DNA of 64,000 nucleotides from Tubulanus polymorphus. Lineage: Eukaryota; Animalia; Nemertea. This document shows positions 61,267-64,000 of the stretch, piece by piece (position 1 is the stretch's first letter; every line of letters starts with the position of its first letter). The stretch spans positions 11,207,263-11,271,262 of the forward strand of contig NC_134028.1 in NCBI RefSeq assembly GCF_964204645.1, written 5' to 3'. Position numbers and translations under genes: made by a program. The notes below the pieces were generated by a model. The model saw only the letters and a program-made list of their open reading frames with translations, searched no databases and was not told the DNA's origin.

Positions 61267-64000
61267 CTATATGTGAATGTAGACATTTCACCAAACAAAA
61301 TTCTTGCTAAAAAAAAAATGTGTGCTAGAAATTCAAGATGGCTGCCCCTGGTGGCCATATTTGAAAGCCGATGACCTTCATATACAATAGGCATGGACTA
61401 TTACCTCTACCCTGATCCGCCCACCAAATTTGTGTAAAGAATTGCAGGCAGCATCATGCAAACAAGAAATTCAAGATGGCCACCCCAATGGCAGCCATAT
61501 TTGATCATCAATGACCTTTTTTTTACAGAAGGGGTGGAAATCTCGCCCGATCCAATGTTCAAGCTAATTTTTCAAAAAGATTCATTGCAATCAGGCAAAT
61601 TTCTGTGTTGAATTCAATTCCATACACATCTGGGGGTCTGGCTTTGCCTATGCAATAGGAGTCAATTAAGATTCGACTTTTTGAAAAACCAGCACAGATA
61701 CCAATTCAAATCACATAGTGAGCATACTAAAATGCTCACTATGAAAAAACTATGCGTTGAATCAATCCGGAATTTTTTAGCAGAATATCAGACACTAGGT
61801 ACCCTTCTTTAAAGGTTTATTTGTTGTATGTCATTAACAATCAATTATACAATACTTAATAATACTTTATTCATAACTTTGAAGCGGCCCGCCGGCAGCG
61901 TATGCTCAAGCAATTTCAGTCACGTAGGCCAAGGATAACACGAAACAGACTACGGGTTTTCCAGGTTAAGAGCATCCCTCCACATAAATAATTAGAGGGA
62001 CTATACTGGACCATTTGTTGACACTAACCTTAAATAAACTTCGTATGGATACAATCAAGATAATTCCACCCTATAATACCCTAAGATTGACGCGCAGCTT
62101 AATTAAACATGGCGCCGTCATTCATTGAGGTAGTCATAATGTATCTCTAAGCACATTAAAATCACACTTGAATTACAAGTGTTGACTTATGACAAACAAT
62201 TGAAATCTAGCAATTTGATTGGGAAAATAGCACTATAGTTCATATAAAGGACGAATGGTCGAGTGGCTGGTGTGAAGTGAAAAGTAGGATACCGGTATGG
62301 AAATATTCATTTCATTGAAAACTAAACAAGAAAAAAATATATGAAAAAGGATTCAATTTTGGTCAGTGTGCTCTTTTAATGATAACTAACTGTTAACCAG
62401 AATGAAACATTCGCAAAATTGATTATGGGCCTTTTGACTGAACAAATGTTCATAATTTTAATACATCCCTTGAATGACGAGAAACAACTAAAACTATGAG
62501 TGACCCGTTAAAATACGGTACAAACTTGGTGAGAGCCTGGGTTTCATGGGATGTTTTTCATTATCATACGGACCAATCAGTACAGAAGCTCCCAAGTTCT
62601 TCAAATTTGAGGCCAGTGCCGGTTACTGATAAAACAAGGTGACTTATGCACGGGATATCAAAACTAGATGAATCATTGAAAACATCACACAAAATAAATC
62701 TTTATATCATACGCCTGAAGTATTAGTAATCGCCCTAGAAATGATAAATATCGTCCTATTCAATTGTGCCGCCATTTTGTTTGTTAAATAACACGCGCCA
62801 GCTGATCCACCTCATTCAATGTTATGACGTTATGATAGAAGTCAAATCTGTGTCAACATAAATTTCAGATATCCAAGATTTTGAGAGGTTTCATCTTAGA
62901 AAGCCCATAACTACCAAGAAAAAAGCGTCGGATCTTGGCGATATTGAGTTCTTCCGAGACAAATAGCATTGAATTTTCACATGTGTTATTTTGGACAGTT
63001 AAAGATGCTGCTCAAATATATCAAATTTTTGAAACTTTTTGGTAAATTTTTCAAAAACTATGAAACCCCGAATGAAATACTGTTGCACCACTGACATCTT
63101 CAACAACTTGATACCCCCCAAGTAAACACAGAATAAAGTTTATTATGATGTTTAATCATGATAGGGTGGGGCATATGTCGCAATTATTGGTGCGACATAT
63201 GTCACAGTTGTCGCAACAGTGGCTACGCCCCTGATAAAGGTTTGCTGAAATTATCTCATATATTATTCATTTGTTGAATACGCGGGACAGTGGGTCTAGA
63301 AACAGCCATGTTTCACAATGATGTTGTAAAACAGATTAAAAGAGATCGTAACCCAAGTTTCATAAGACGTTACTTACGGTTTGTTCTATTAGTGTGCTAA
63401 AATCTAAACTTTCAACTTTTCCCCAAGACCATTTTTTAGTGGATCTACATCAATCTCACGAATGATAAAATTGGACCTCCAACCGGGGAAATCTACGTTT
63501 CCACTGAAGATTTTGACCTGACCAGTGCACGATCGCAGTGCAGTTACTAGCTTATATGCTAATACTAATACTAATACTTGGTCTCTGATGCTATTAACCC
63601 TTTCAATGCCAGTATTTTGTAATATATTAACCCTCTCCTGCCACTTACAATTAGTGGTTTTTGTAGGTATAACATACAATATATTCAATTAGCTCCATGG
63701 CTTTTACTTCTGAATTTAACTCATGCAAACTATATATGGTTAGCAAGTAAATGTACTAAGCTATCTTATCCCACCAAAAAAAGTGAGGCAGTATAAACTA
63801 GATCAACCAATGACGTCATCAAGATGGCCGCCGAACTCCATTCCAATCGAAAAATGAAATTTCAAACTCATATATCATGTTACAGTAAGCAAATATATGA
63901 TTATTTTCAATCTAATACACTTATATGTAATGATTGCTACACAATAAAGTTTATTTCATGTTGATAACTATGGTAATTAAGTTTTTATTGGTTTTTTTAT

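Noticed and set aside
63404-63688. ORF containing VKIFSGN, resembling a PRPS N-terminus and a candidate first exon
   Set aside because: The following residues do not match the family and no in-frame phase-2 donor follows.

Overview
AT-rich animal (invertebrate-like) genomic DNA. The host gene is a minus-strand PRPP-synthetase-associated protein (PRPSAP-like); five coding exons are visible between 26848 and 60938, and its large introns hold many nested mobile elements. Positions 1-17776 are an ISL2EU/Harbinger-type DNA transposon (THAP-DDE transposase plus a spliced SWIM/YqaJ-exonuclease/PHD gene). Its right TIR is split by a full-length but decaying 13.45-kb Maverick/Polinton (4219-17669; TIRs, 6-bp TSD, pPolB, ATPase, integrase, penton, major capsid, protease). 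The Maverick carries apparent Pol II transcription-machinery genes: a TATA-binding-protein homologue with an asymmetric DNA-binding saddle and a spliced double-PC4 protein. Its pPolB also has an N-terminal C2H2/Ala-rich/acidic extension. Further right, a Penelope element is split by a Helentron-like element that itself contains a young, internally deleted Gypsy and a HINE. There are also hammerhead-ribozyme-like motifs, MITEs and microsatellites. All calls come from reading motifs by eye; no database search was run.
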